A stretch of 64,000 nucleotides of DNA from a virus: the IMG/VR virus record IMGVR_UViG_3300044617_002446, positions 17,324 through 81,323 of that record; one strand, given 5' to 3'. The first letter of the stretch is position 1. Every line of letters starts with the position of its first letter. Shown here piece by piece: positions 18,916-30,016 of the stretch. The position numbers and the translations under genes were made by a program. The notes under the pieces are model-generated. The model was not told where the DNA came from, did no database searches, and saw nothing but the letters and a program-made list of their open reading frames with translations.

Positions 18916-20933
18916 GAAAAAAAAGAGTATTATTTCATTCTGATTTTGCTTTAGCTAAAACAGGTTTTGGCAGAGCAATGAAAGCATTATTATCAGAATT
19001 ATATAAAACCAATAAATATGAAATACATCATGTATGCTGTGGCGTTCATGAAGGCGCAAAAGAATTAGAATTCACGCCTTGGAAAAGCTATGGTTCGGTT
19101 CCCTCTGATCAATTTAAATTAAATGAAATTCAAAAAGATCCAGCCCTATCTAGAACATTAGGCTATGGTTCTGCCACGATAGACCAACATGTTTTAAATA
19201 TAAAACCAGACGTTTACATTGGAACGCAAGATTTTTGGGGGTTAGATTACAACATAGATAAAAACTGGTTCAAAAAAATAACAAGCTGCCTTTGGATAAC
19301 GCTTGATTCTTTACCATTATTACCCCCAGCTGTTAAAAGAGCAAATGATATTCCTAACTATTGGGTTTGGAGTAATTTTGCTGAAAAAGAAATGAAAAGG
19401 CTCGGTCACAATCAAGTCGAAACAATACATGGACCGATCAATGATGAAAAGTTTTTTAGACTTAGCGATGAAAAACGAAAAGAATTAAGATTAAAAAATA
19501 ATCTTCCTGAAGACGCTGTAATAATCGGGTTCGTTTTCAGAAATCAATTAAGAAAGCTTGTGCCCAATTTAATGGAGGGTTATAAACTTTGGAAAGATGC
19601 ACATCCAGAACTTAAAAACACGTATTTACTTTTGCATACAAATTTTTCAGAAGGATGGAATATAAAAGCGCAAGCAGATCAACATGGCGTTGACACAAAA
19701 GAAATATTAACTACATATATATGTAGGTCATGTCAAGAATATGAGGTAAAAACATTTGACGATAGGCAGGAAAAGTTTCAAAAAAATCAAAATGGAGAGT
19801 TTTTGCTTGATAAAAATGGTAAAAAAATTGAAGTTGAACTTGACGCTCAAAATAAAAATTGTAATCATTGTAGGACAGCAGGCTCTCAAATTACCACAGG
19901 TGTTGGATTTGGGGTTTCAGAAGAGCAGTTAAACGAGGTTTATAATTTAATGGATGTATATGTCCATCCATTTACTAGCGGCGGACAAGAAATACCAATA
20001 CAAGAAGCTAAACTAACCGAACTTATCACTCTTGTTACAAACTATTCGTGTGGAGAGGAATGTTGCGAGCCAGACGCCTGCTCTCTTCCCCTTGAATGGG
20101 CAAAATATCTTGAACATGGAACGGAATTTATAAAAGCATCTACCTATCCTTGGTCAATTAAAGACCAACTAGATAAATTTCTTTCTATGACAAATGAAGA
20201 AAGAAGAGAAATGGGTAAAAAAGCTAGGCAATGGACTATTAAAAACTTTTCTGCAAAAAACGTCTCTCAAAAAATAGAAAAATTTTTAGATTCTGCACCA
20301 CTGTTAAATGAAAACAACAATGCTTTTTTTGAATCAAAAGAGATAAAAAGTCCTAATCCAAATGCTAAAATAGATGGCGATCTATTAGATAAAGAATGGG
20401 TTAAATCTCTTTATAAAGAAATACTTGATCGCGAGGTTGATGAAGCAGACGAAGGCTTTAGATATTGGATGAACGAACTTGGTAAAAATACCGAAAGACC
20501 AAATATAGAAAACTATTTCCGAAAAGTTGCAGCAGAAGAAAAAGGTAAAGATACCTCTTCTAAATTTGAAGACTTACTGGACAAGGATGATAAAAACAAA
20601 AGAGCGCTTATAGTTATGCCAGAAAGCTTGGGTGATGTATTAATGCTTACGAGTTTGTTTGAATCGTTTAAACACCAGTATCCTGATTATAATTTATATA
20701 TTTCTACAAAACCAGAAAATTTTTCTGTACTCGATGGAAATCCATTTGTGCATAAAGTCATACCATACTTCCCTCAAATGGATAATTTAATGTGGCTTGA
20801 AGGTCATGGCGAACATGAAGGATACTTTGAAATGGCTTTTTTGCCGCATCTTGGCACCCAAAGAATGTTAAACTATCTACACAACGGAAAAGATAAAATC
20901 GCTTTTGAGATTAAGAATTTTAAAAATGATTAA
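18912..20933 (+). CDS. GT4-like glycosyltransferase with CxxC/CxxC insert and C-terminal extra domains
   Basis: KTGFGR, FRNQLRK, YNLMDVYVHPFTSGGQEIPIQEA; C-terminal LY..ILDRE.D..G..YW and PESLGDVLM (GT9-N-like). Confidence 0.8.
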   Translation: MRKKRVLFHSDFALAKTGFGRAMKALLSELYKTNKYEIHHVCCGVHEGAKELEFTPWKSYGSVPSDQFKLNEIQKDPALSRTLGYGSATIDQHVLNIKPDVYIGTQDFWGLDYNIDKNWFKKITSCLWITLDSLPLLPPAVKRANDIPNYWVWSNFAEKEMKRLGHNQVETIHGPINDEKFFRLSDEKRKELRLKNNLPEDAVIIGFVFRNQLRKLVPNLMEGYKLWKDAHPELKNTYLLLHTNFSEGWNIKAQADQHGVDTKEILTTYICRSCQEYEVKTFDDRQEKFQKNQNGEFLLDKNGKKIEVELDAQNKNCNHCRTAGSQITTGVGFGVSEEQLNEVYNLMDVYVHPFTSGGQEIPIQEAKLTELITLVTNYSCGEECCEPDACSLPLEWAKYLEHGTEFIKASTYPWSIKDQLDKFLSMTNEERREMGKKARQWTIKNFSAKNVSQKIEKFLDSAPLLNENNNAFFESKEIKSPNPNAKIDGDLLDKEWVKSLYKEILDREVDEADEGFRYWMNELGKNTERPNIENYFRKVAAEEKGKDTSSKFEDLLDKDDKNKRALIVMPESLGDVLMLTSLFESFKHQYPDYNLYISTKPENFSVLDGNPFVHKVIPYFPQMDNLMWLEGHGEHEGYFEMAFLPHLGTQRMLNYLHNGKDKIAFEIKNFKND

Positions 20934-21303
20934 TATACAAACAGAAGTATCGGCTGGAGAGCTTCTAGATAAAATATCTATTCTTGAAATAAAGCAAGAA
21001 AAAATAAATGATTTTAAAAAACTTCAAGAAATACAAAAAGAGCTTTTCATTTTAAGAAAAACATCTCTTCTTTTAGAAGGCTCAGATACCTGGATTAAAA
21101 AAATTAAAGAAGTAAATAGCAGGCTTTGGAAAATAGAAGATGATATTCGCGACAAAGAAAGAAAAAAAGAATTCGATCAAGAGTTTATTGAAATGGCAAG
21201 ATCTGTTTATTTCACAAACGATCAAAGGTTTAATATAAAAAACGAAATAAATATATATTATAAATCAAATATATTAGAACAAAAAAATCACGAAAAATAC
21301 TAA
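20926..21303 (+). CDS. DUF6165-like protein
   Basis: SAGELLDKISILEIK, VNSRLWKIEDDIR, ARSVYFTNDQR motifs. Confidence 0.75.
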   Translation: MINIQTEVSAGELLDKISILEIKQEKINDFKKLQEIQKELFILRKTSLLLEGSDTWIKKIKEVNSRLWKIEDDIRDKERKKEFDQEFIEMARSVYFTNDQRFNIKNEINIYYKSNILEQKNHEKY

Positions 21304-21310
21304 TTTAAAT

Positions 21311-22540
21311 ATGCATATATTAGAACAATATTCATTAAACTGCGGGCTAAAAATAGGAAAACCTTTTATATATAAAAAATTTTATCCTCTGCCTTTTGAT
21401 AAATATATAACATTTAATCCTTTTGGTAAATTTAACTCTAGGAAATATTCTTACTGGCAGGATGTAGTAGACATTCTTCACCCTGTATTATCTGATCATA
21501 ATATTAAAATTATCCAACTTGGTGGAAAAGATGAACCAAATTATACGGGCTGCTATAATGCAGCAGGTATTACTAATTTGAACCAATCCGCATATATAAT
21601 TAGCAATAGTCTTTTGCATTTTGGCGTAGATAGTTTTCCCGTTCACGCAGCTTCAGCTTTTGATAAAAAAATAGTTGCACTTTACTGCAACATGTATGCA
21701 TCTCAATCGAAACCATATTGGTCAAAAGAGGAAGACGTATCATTAATACAGGCGGATTTAAAAGGAAAAAAACCTTCATATGCACCAGAAGAAAATCCAA
21801 AAACAATTGACTCAATAAAGCCAGAACTTATAGCAAATGAAATACTTAAAAAGCTTGAAATAAAAAATAAAGTAGAACAAAACTCGATTTTTTTTGGAGA
21901 AAATTACCCGAATCTAGAACTAGACTTTATTCCAGATTCAAGTATTCTTATAGATAAAGGAATTAATCAAACATTAAACGTTAGGTTTGATTTATTAGAC
22001 AAGCCAGCTTCAGATGAACAAATAAATATCGCCGTAGTTAACATACAAAAAAGAAAATGCAGGATTTATTTATCTGATATAATACCAGTAGATTTTTTAA
22101 AACATCCAGAACTTAGAAAAAATACAGAGAGTATTATTTTTAAAATAAAAGACTATTCAGTCGAAACAAAAAAGTTTATTTCCAAATTGAAATCCATAGG
22201 GGGTAATATTAAATATATTGCGTGCAGCAAAACATTCAATACCGAAGAAAAATTTTCATTATTAAAACTTGAAATGTTGGATTATTGTCTTGTAGAAAAA
22301 GAGCAATTAAAACCAATTGAAAACGAAATCAAAAAACAAATTTTGAAAAATAAAAATTCATTGACTTTTTATAAAAGTTGTAGGATAATATACTCAAAAG
22401 GTGAAAGCTTTATTAGTGAAGCCGCCCTAAAAGAGAAAAAATCAACTACATCATTCGTACAAAAAATCAAAGACATTAAAAACATAGATCTACTTCTTGA
22501 AAAAGATCATAGTAATATTTATATTTTTAATAAAAAATAA
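21311..22540 (+). CDS. GT9-like glycosyltransferase with C-terminal extension
   Basis: RKYSYW, IIQLGG, HFGVDSFPVHAASA motifs. Confidence 0.7.
   Translation: MHILEQYSLNCGLKIGKPFIYKKFYPLPFDKYITFNPFGKFNSRKYSYWQDVVDILHPVLSDHNIKIIQLGGKDEPNYTGCYNAAGITNLNQSAYIISNSLLHFGVDSFPVHAASAFDKKIVALYCNMYASQSKPYWSKEEDVSLIQADLKGKKPSYAPEENPKTIDSIKPELIANEILKKLEIKNKVEQNSIFFGENYPNLELDFIPDSSILIDKGINQTLNVRFDLLDKPASDEQINIAVVNIQKRKCRIYLSDIIPVDFLKHPELRKNTESIIFKIKDYSVETKKFISKLKSIGGNIKYIACSKTFNTEEKFSLLKLEMLDYCLVEKEQLKPIENEIKKQILKNKNSLTFYKSCRIIYSKGESFISEAALKEKKSTTSFVQKIKDIKNIDLLLEKDHSNIYIFNKK
22361..22389 (+). promoter_or_regulatory. Internal sigma70-like promoter
   Basis: TTGACT (22361-22366), 17 nt, GATAAT (22384-22389), upstream of the ATG at 22542. 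Confidence 0.35.
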
Positions 22541-22541
22541 A

Positions 22542-23330
22542 ATGGAACAAGAACAACAAAATCAACAGATCGCAAAAAAATCAAACAAGAAAAACTCAAG
22601 TGAGGCAGATTTAAAATTTAAAAGAGATCAAAATGGGCTTATATGTGGTGTAACTTATCAGTTTAATGACAACGGCACAATAAACTGGAGATCAATGATC
22701 CAAAAAGAACACTTGGTTCCAAATAGAGATCTTTTTAAAAATCAAGATTCAAAAGAAATAGACGTGTCTACCCTGCCAGACAATCAGCTTTTAATACTAT
22801 TGGCTGGAATCAAAGATTTGGCTCAAATTAGGGGCTATGAAAGTGTTGAGTATAAAGTTATACAAGCTGGTCCGCAGTATGTTGCGGTAAAATGTACCAT
22901 TAAATGGCTTCCAAATTATGAAACAAGTATGCAATCCGTATCATTTTCTTCTTTAGCTGATGCGCACTTGGATAACACGAAAAGTTTCGCCAAAGATTTT
23001 TTAATGGCTATTGCTGAAAATAGAGCGTTTGTTAGAGCAGTTAGAAATTTTTTAAGAATTAATATTGTAGGAAGTGATGAAATGGGCGATTCAACCAAAA
23101 GCACTCCACCGATAGAATCTAATGACGCTCCCCCTATTTCAGCAACACATCCATCCAATGTTCTTTCCGATTTAATGAAAAAAGCAAATATCTCTTTCGA
23201 TAAAATCAAAGAGACGATGAATAAAGAAGGCATACAGGAATCAGAAGCCTGGAATTCTATAAATGATATTCCGAATAAAATAATTTTCTCTTTAATTCAA
23301 AGATTAAAGAAAAAAATTAATACGAATTAA
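22542..23330 (+). CDS. Rad52/ERF-like single-strand annealing protein
   Basis: LADA..N...MAIAENRAFVRAVRNFL.I...DE motif resembles phage SSAP cores; ATG at 22542. Confidence 0.55.
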   Translation: MEQEQQNQQIAKKSNKKNSSEADLKFKRDQNGLICGVTYQFNDNGTINWRSMIQKEHLVPNRDLFKNQDSKEIDVSTLPDNQLLILLAGIKDLAQIRGYESVEYKVIQAGPQYVAVKCTIKWLPNYETSMQSVSFSSLADAHLDNTKSFAKDFLMAIAENRAFVRAVRNFLRINIVGSDEMGDSTKSTPPIESNDAPPISATHPSNVLSDLMKKANISFDKIKETMNKEGIQESEAWNSINDIPNKIIFSLIQRLKKKINTN

Positions 23331-24324
23331 GAATCTCATCTTTCACACCGACGCCCTGCCTCAAACAATTTTGACAGCTGCCGGCTTCCGATAGTTTAAC
23401 TTCATCTGATCCATCATAATAAAATCTAGAGCAACATTCTCTGTCTTGCTCTTGTTTTGGTATGGAAATACTGCCAAAAACTTGCGGTCCTAAAATTCCT
23501 GCAAATCCTGTTTGACCAATGATCATACTTAATGGAAAAAAAATTGGTATAACAGAACCTTCAAAAGTTACATAAGCCATAAAACTTGATCCTGTTCCAA
23601 ATCCCGTATAATTATACGTAGTTTTAAAACCATATTGATTTTGCACTTGTGAAGTATATCCTATAAAAGAAGTTCCGTATGGCGTCATAACCATAACTCT
23701 CGGCCAATATAGTCTTCTAAATGTAATTATAGAAGAAAAATCTATTATTACACTCACTCCGTCATTATTTCCAACATGAAAAGGACCAGCAGCCGGCAAA
23801 ACTCCTTCTGTTACTCCTATTGGTATATCGTCTGTCACTAAAGAAGAATTGGAAGGCTTTCTTTTATTTGATCTAGTATGTAAAACTTTTTCTGCTATTG
23901 GAGAGTTTGGCGCCTGTGCTAAATTTAAATTATCCAAATCAGCGCCATCCGCTTTATTGTTATCTTTTATTCTGTTTCTTATTCTTGATGTAAAACCTAT
24001 CCGTGTTATTCCATTACCCTGGAAAGGTTTCGACAATGAAAGTTCACCAGCCGCAACTCCAACCAACCCTCCGCCCGCACTTCCAGCTGCACCACCGCCC
24101 ATTAAAAAGTCTGAAACCTGATCTCTTGGAGGCATATAACCAGCAACGGCAAATCTAAAATATCTAACTCTCCAATATAAAAAGTGCATACGTTCAAAGG
24201 TAAATCCAACAGGTCTGTCACTACCGTTTCCTACAACAAATTTTCTTTCAGGTAGATCATCTGGATTTACAGGAATTTCTCCTAAATAATTTATATAAAT
24301 TGGAGATTTTAATTTTTCTTCCAT
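23317..24324 (-). CDS. Hypothetical protein, last gene of the tail operon
   Basis: 335-aa ORF with a Gly-rich stretch and C-terminal Cys cluster; convergent overlap with 22542-23330. Confidence 0.65.
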   Translation of the reverse strand: MEEKLKSPIYINYLGEIPVNPDDLPERKFVVGNGSDRPVGFTFERMHFLYWRVRYFRFAVAGYMPPRDQVSDFLMGGGAAGSAGGGLVGVAAGELSLSKPFQGNGITRIGFTSRIRNRIKDNNKADGADLDNLNLAQAPNSPIAEKVLHTRSNKRKPSNSSLVTDDIPIGVTEGVLPAAGPFHVGNNDGVSVIIDFSSIITFRRLYWPRVMVMTPYGTSFIGYTSQVQNQYGFKTTYNYTGFGTGSSFMAYVTFEGSVIPIFFPLSMIIGQTGFAGILGPQVFGSISIPKQEQDRECCSRFYYDGSDEVKLSEAGSCQNCLRQGVGVKDEILNSY

Positions 24325-24327
24325 ATT

Positions 24328-25005
24328 TTAAAATGGATTTGAACCTATAACAACTCCAGAGGGGTGAGCATTCCCATGCCACGGCATAGGAAACGCAACA
24401 GGAACGCCCCTATGCTGCGAAGCCATCATTATTAAATTTGAATTTGCCTTTTGTATAACTGTAATACTTCCACTTTCTTGATTTTGATTAAAATAATAAG
24501 CATCATCAGATCTTAGACCTAAAAGCAAATAGGCTTTTGTTTGTCTTTTGTAATCCGCAATTTTTTTTATATATCCGTTATCATCAACTTCATCTTCTGG
24601 TATTAATCTCAACATAGAAGGAAAGTCAACCCATCCTCCAGGATCAATTACATTTTTTCCTCCTTTTCCAGGAGAATCTCTGCCAACCTTTTCACATTTA
24701 ATAAACGCATTACCAGAAACTTGAAGATTTCCAAGTATTGTAAAATCTATAAAAACCTTTGCATCTTTTTCCCACTCAAATCCAGAGTTTATACCGATAA
24801 TATTTATTTGTTGTCTTTTATCATAAGAAAAAGTTCTGAAACAGTCACCTGTTCTAACCATATAATAAGACTTTCCTTCGCTGCCCTTTGATCCGTAACC
24901 ATTTGGTTTAGGTCCGCCAAAAGCCTCATCGTATTCAACAATTTGGAAAGGGTAAGAGATATTGGAACTTTTAATTGGTATTATATTAGCTTTATATGTA
25001 GCCAT
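24328..25005 (-). CDS. Hypothetical beta-rich virion-associated protein
   Basis: 225-aa ORF in the tail operon. Confidence 0.65.
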   Translation of the reverse strand: MATYKANIIPIKSSNISYPFQIVEYDEAFGGPKPNGYGSKGSEGKSYYMVRTGDCFRTFSYDKRQQINIIGINSGFEWEKDAKVFIDFTILGNLQVSGNAFIKCEKVGRDSPGKGGKNVIDPGGWVDFPSMLRLIPEDEVDDNGYIKKIADYKRQTKAYLLLGLRSDDAYYFNQNQESGSITVIQKANSNLIMMASQHRGVPVAFPMPWHGNAHPSGVVIGSNPF

Positions 25006-25009
25006 AATA

Positions 25010-28000
25010 TTAAATATTTTGTATTATTATACTTGAACCAGAACCAGTAATATAAACATTTCCGCCTGTTGTATAAATATAATTTTTATCAAAAACTGTT
25101 AATTTAGCAGCGTCTTTATTATTAGACAAACCAAAAGAGTTGGTGTATGAAACACCAATGGTAAATTTAGATGGATATAGACCAGAATACTCACCAATCA
25201 AAGATCCAGATACCTCTTTATCTGAAATACTTGGAACAGAAAACAATCTATCCAAGAAAAGAGATTCACCTGTAGATATTTGCCAAATGCCCGAAAATTC
25301 CCTTTCTCCTTGATATGTAGAAATAGGTCCAGATATAAAACCAGAACCGCTATTATTATAAAAATATCCCGTCATAGCATAATTTTTGTGTTCAAAAAAA
25401 CCACTATATAATCCAGTTCCAGATATATATTGATAATAAGTTTCGCCTCCAGAAAGGCGTCCATCATATTTTATTCCATTTATTCCACCAAAATCAGAAT
25501 AAAAATCAAAAGAAGTTAAATTACCGGAGTCACCTATACCGCTTGATATTATTATAATTGAATTATCTATATCATTTATAACAAATGAACAATTGAAAAG
25601 AGAACCAAAGTCCTCACCTGTTAGAATAGAACACAAACCAGAAAAAGAATCAAAATAGCCAGGCGGCACATTATTCGATATATTATTTGTATAAAATATT
25701 AAATTATCATTTAATAATAAATAATCGTTTGTCGTTAGAAGTGGTTCAATTATTTTTATAAAACCAGATGCATATTTATACCCTGTTGGAACTTTATATT
25801 GAATAACAACTCCAGCCGAGCTTCCAGTTATACCTGTTGAATAATTTATATAGCCAGACGTTGAAATACCTGTTATATTATAAAAAGATTTAATATAACC
25901 AGTAATGCCACTTTCGTAATCAAAAGTTTGAAAATTTGTATAGTAAGTTACACCCGTTGTTATATTCACGTCATAAGTAGGATTTAGCCATCTACCAAAA
26001 GCCAAGTCTTTATTTACAACATCTAGCTTTATTCTAGTGTATGACCCACTAAAACGACCAGATCCAGATGCAAAAAACGCATCAAAACTCCTAATTGTAT
26101 CTATTTCTTTTGTAGTTGGATTATAAAACCAGTCTACAATACCCGTATTAAAAATACCTGTTGCATAAATTGGACCCTTATATAAAGAGTAACCGGTATT
26201 TGAAACTATTCTTCCACTTGCTCTATTGAATCTTATATAATCACCAGAAGAATACCCAATAATTCGACCGCTCATTAAGGCGTTTTCAAAAACTCTAACA
26301 CCGCTATCTTGAGGTCTAACATCGGCGGTAAAATGTCCGCTTATACTAACCGGCACATTTCCACTGGGAATTATTTCATACAATCCGCCATCCCAACAAG
26401 TTAAACCAGTTTGTAATTCAGGGTTATCTCTATCCAAAGAAAAGAAATTTATTTTATTAACTTTAAAATAATCAACTGGATTTAATCCGACTAAATCAAT
26501 TGGACTCTTAAAATCCTGAAGCTCAACTTTATAATAATTAAATTTTACATCGCCAGCCTCACCAGGGTTAATTCCTAAATTATTAAAATCAATAAGCCAA
26601 CCTGTCCTCAAAGATTCCACAAAAAATGGACCATCACCGCTACCGTCCTGTTCTTCATCATCTTCATCCTCGTCTTCGCCTTCGTCTTCCTGTTCTTTAC
26701 ATGTAATACCTGATCCAATATAAAAAATATCAAATTCTTGGTCAAATAATTGTGGTGGACACCATTTTCCAGCTTGCTCAACTGTCTTTTTTGTTAACTT
26801 TAATAGACTTCTTGGTCTATACCAAGGATCTGCTATAAACCCTGAACCAGATAAATCTATGCCTGTTTTTATATCTAGTCCAGTTTGTGCATATAATGAA
26901 TCATAAATACCAGAATTAGTATAACCACTTAATAAACCAAATCCATCTGAAAGAAAAGGTTCGTTTTTCAGATATTCTTCTGGTACACTTGCTATAGTAG
27001 AATCAATACCGGTCCAATTAATGTTTGATATATAATGAAGCCTACTCCATGTTTTAGCATCTTGCGAACCATATAGAGATATAGAATTTGGTAAAACAAA
27101 TTTGAATCCATCTACCCTACCGGTTTCGAGATCAAGTCTTCTTTGTGTTTTGTTTATTTTTATATTGTATCCACCACTATGATAGTAGTTAGATTTATAT
27201 CCAATAATTCTACCACTCCAATATTTTAATATAGATTCTGATGGACTATTAGTAAAGTAATCACTAGGGTTTATATAAAAAACATCAGCTAATGGTCTTT
27301 CAATTTTTTCAAAAACACCAGTTTGACCAATGCCCGTATTACAACCAAGACCAGCATACCATATAAATCCAGTTCTATTTGGATTATAAGTATATGAAGA
27401 GAACTCTTGGTTTAATTTATTAAATAAATCACCCGGAGTAGAAAAATCTTTTTTAAATTCTAAATTAAAATTAGAAATTTTTTTGTATGGAGGATTACTA
27501 ATATATATATTTTTATATAAACCAGTATAATCAAAGTTGTACGGCTCAAAAGACAGAGTATCTCCAGAAAAAAAGTCACCAAAAAATATTATACCGCTGG
27601 ACCCACTAAAAAAAGAATCAGATGAAAAAAGACCCGTATTTGTACTTGTTTCGTATAAAAAACTATTATTAGATGGATCTATACCTGTTACACTCCCTTT
27701 CATGACACCAGAAATTAAATCAACAACAAAGGCATCATATAAAGGACCAGGTGGAGGCAGTTGCCCGCCAGAGATGCCATATTTTCCGGATAGTCCATCT
27801 ATACAAATTTCTTTTGGCTCTTTGTCATCGAGTTCTTCACACCCTTCTTTTTCAAGGCATATCGCAGAAAAATTATTTAAAAAACTATGCCAGCCAGTTA
27901 TTAGGAAAGGGTCAACTCTTAACAGCGGTAAATAATAATAAGCAGAATATACATCTGGAACAGCTTCATAAACTTTACTTATTATACTTTTATCTAATTC

Positions 28001-29959
28001 AATAGCGTAAGCAAAAACATTTTTACTATTTGTTCCCGATCTCACGTCATAAGTTAAAAAAGCATTTCTATTAGAGTTATAGATAAGTGTATTTTTGATT
28101 ATTTGCGGAAAATTTTTAATAGAAAAAACGTATCTAGTATTTGCTTCATTAAGAGAAGTATAAAAGTTTTCTGCCAGAGAAGGCTTTTCATTTACTTTTA
28201 CAAAGTATTCTGAATTAAGATAATTAGAAAAATTATGAACAATTTGAAAAGCTGGATCTTTTTCAGAAAACGTATTCGGGTTTATATACCCGTTCGATAT
28301 TAAAGAATTTTTATAATCCTCATTAAATCCAGGATCACTCGACCAATTATCAGCAGAATAAAAATAAAAATAATTTTTGTCTAAACCACGATATATATCA
28401 ACCTTAGGATCTGAAATATATTTATATTCAAAATTTAAACCAGTAACAACTTTTCCAGAAAGAGAACTTCCAGATATCTTTAAAAAAGAATTTAATGAAA
28501 ATGAAGCCTGACCTGTTGGCATTTTGATAAAGTAATCAGAAGGCTCATATGACCAGCCAACTGTTTTATCTATTTTTTGTAATTTTTTATTAATCGCCGT
28601 ATCTATTTCAAAATTTTCTACACTAGGGTCTCCACTTCCACCGATAACGATACTTAAAGGTGTTTTTAAAAAATCAACATATTTTAAACCATTATCCACA
28701 ATAGTTTGTGTAAATCCCCAACCATTAAAGGCATATAAAAAATTTTTATTATAATTATTAAAAGCAAACTCATCACATTTCTCATCTCCAATCCCTAAAA
28801 TACTACCATCATTTAAAACTACCACAAACCCATTCGCTCCAGCGTTTACATAAACTGCACCCGTTATAGAATTTAAATATGCAAAATCTTGAAAAGATCC
28901 AACGCCAGTCGCAAAAACTCTGCCAAATTTTTCATTAATAGAGTTTTCATATATAATTATTGTTTTAAACTCGCCTGCAGAAATTTCTTTAACAAAAGAA
29001 AATACTGGTATATTTCTTTGACCAAAAAAGTTATCTCCACGAGAAAAAATTTGACCATTTTTATTTAAAAATAAAGAATGAGAATAGCCTGCTGAAATAT
29101 AGTCTACATTTACTAATGTATCTAAATTTGATATTTGACCACTACTATTACTACCAATACCTGTTACCGTACCGTCTTCAAATAAAACAAGAGAATAACC
29201 ATTTCCAGCGGCTGCATATTTAATATTCTTTTGTAAGGAGTTTATATTTTCAAAATTTATTTGCCCACTATAATTTGCACCCCATCCAGTCACCCTATAA
29301 AGATTTTCATTTTTTTTAGTTATATCAACAATGGCTTGCACAGAAAAACTATTTGTAGAATTAAGCAAAAGATTTCTTGTCGTTGGATAAATTTCTAAAG
29401 AAAAAGATTCATCTTTTTTTAAAGAAAAGTTCCCAGTAAAAAAAAATGGAAATTGGGATCTTTCGTCTAGAATTTTTTCATTTTGATTTGGATATTTTTT
29501 AACACAAATACCAGCATCAAACATTCCTGTAATTGTTATGTTTTTTTCAAATCCAGAAAACGGATCCGATGACGAAAGAGGAATCCACATTGGGCTTGCC
29601 CAACTACCTGTAATTGGAGTTGAAAAATCATAAAAACCAGTTGGACTAGAATAATTTATATTATATTTTACAGATTCAGTAGAAACTTGTGGCAAATAAA
29701 CCCCAACAGCGTGATCATATCCAGCAGAAATATTATTAAAAAATAAATTTGACACACCAACCGATGCAAAATTCAAAACGCCAGAAACATTTGTACCCCA
29801 TCCCTGTATGTTAGAATTTTCATTTAATATTAAAGAATAATCAGGTGCAACAGACATAAAAACAGGAGAAAAACTTTCTCCACCTTTTGACCTGTTATCC
29901 TTTGTTAAACCAAACCCCGATATCGAAGTTAAAGTATCCCTTTTTATCTTTTTTCGCAT
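25010..29959 (-). CDS. Large tail/receptor-binding protein with RCC1/BLIP-II repeats and a discoidin-like segment
   Basis: SAGYDHAV, AAGNGYSLVLFEDGTV, SAGYSHSLFL..GQI..GDN..GQ repeats; SLYGSQDAKTW; S/T-G rich. Confidence 0.7.
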   Translation of the reverse strand: MRKKIKRDTLTSISGFGLTKDNRSKGGESFSPVFMSVAPDYSLILNENSNIQGWGTNVSGVLNFASVGVSNLFFNNISAGYDHAVGVYLPQVSTESVKYNINYSSPTGFYDFSTPITGSWASPMWIPLSSSDPFSGFEKNITITGMFDAGICVKKYPNQNEKILDERSQFPFFFTGNFSLKKDESFSLEIYPTTRNLLLNSTNSFSVQAIVDITKKNENLYRVTGWGANYSGQINFENINSLQKNIKYAAAGNGYSLVLFEDGTVTGIGSNSSGQISNLDTLVNVDYISAGYSHSLFLNKNGQIFSRGDNFFGQRNIPVFSFVKEISAGEFKTIIIYENSINEKFGRVFATGVGSFQDFAYLNSITGAVYVNAGANGFVVVLNDGSILGIGDEKCDEFAFNNYNKNFLYAFNGWGFTQTIVDNGLKYVDFLKTPLSIVIGGSGDPSVENFEIDTAINKKLQKIDKTVGWSYEPSDYFIKMPTGQASFSLNSFLKISGSSLSGKVVTGLNFEYKYISDPKVDIYRGLDKNYFYFYSADNWSSDPGFNEDYKNSLISNGYINPNTFSEKDPAFQIVHNFSNYLNSEYFVKVNEKPSLAENFYTSLNEANTRYVFSIKNFPQIIKNTLIYNSNRNAFLTYDVRSGTNSKNVFAYAIELDKSIISKVYEAVPDVYSAYYYLPLLRVDPFLITGWHSFLNNFSAICLEKEGCEELDDKEPKEICIDGLSGKYGISGGQLPPPGPLYDAFVVDLISGVMKGSVTGIDPSNNSFLYETSTNTGLFSSDSFFSGSSGIIFFGDFFSGDTLSFEPYNFDYTGLYKNIYISNPPYKKISNFNLEFKKDFSTPGDLFNKLNQEFSSYTYNPNRTGFIWYAGLGCNTGIGQTGVFEKIERPLADVFYINPSDYFTNSPSESILKYWSGRIIGYKSNYYHSGGYNIKINKTQRRLDLETGRVDGFKFVLPNSISLYGSQDAKTWSRLHYISNINWTGIDSTIASVPEEYLKNEPFLSDGFGLLSGYTNSGIYDSLYAQTGLDIKTGIDLSGSGFIADPWYRPRSLLKLTKKTVEQAGKWCPPQLFDQEFDIFYIGSGITCKEQEDEGEDEDEDDEEQDGSGDGPFFVESLRTGWLIDFNNLGINPGEAGDVKFNYYKVELQDFKSPIDLVGLNPVDYFKVNKINFFSLDRDNPELQTGLTCWDGGLYEIIPSGNVPVSISGHFTADVRPQDSGVRVFENALMSGRIIGYSSGDYIRFNRASGRIVSNTGYSLYKGPIYATGIFNTGIVDWFYNPTTKEIDTIRSFDAFFASGSGRFSGSYTRIKLDVVNKDLAFGRWLNPTYDVNITTGVTYYTNFQTFDYESGITGYIKSFYNITGISTSGYINYSTGITGSSAGVVIQYKVPTGYKYASGFIKIIEPLLTTNDYLLLNDNLIFYTNNISNNVPPGYFDSFSGLCSILTGEDFGSLFNCSFVINDIDNSIIIISSGIGDSGNLTSFDFYSDFGGINGIKYDGRLSGGETYYQYISGTGLYSGFFEHKNYAMTGYFYNNSGSGFISGPISTYQGEREFSGIWQISTGESLFLDRLFSVPSISDKEVSGSLIGEYSGLYPSKFTIGVSYTNSFGLSNNKDAAKLTVFDKNYIYTTGGNVYITGSGSSIIIQNI

Positions 29960-29970
29960 TATATTTAATA

Positions 29971-29975
29971 TACAC
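29971..29975 (-). promoter_or_regulatory. GTGTA putative late-promoter motif
   Basis: TACAC on the + strand, 11 nt upstream of the ATG at 29959. Confidence 0.55.
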
Positions 29976-30016
29976 TTTCTTTTTAAAAAAACTAGCCCAA
30001 CTATATAATAACTTGT

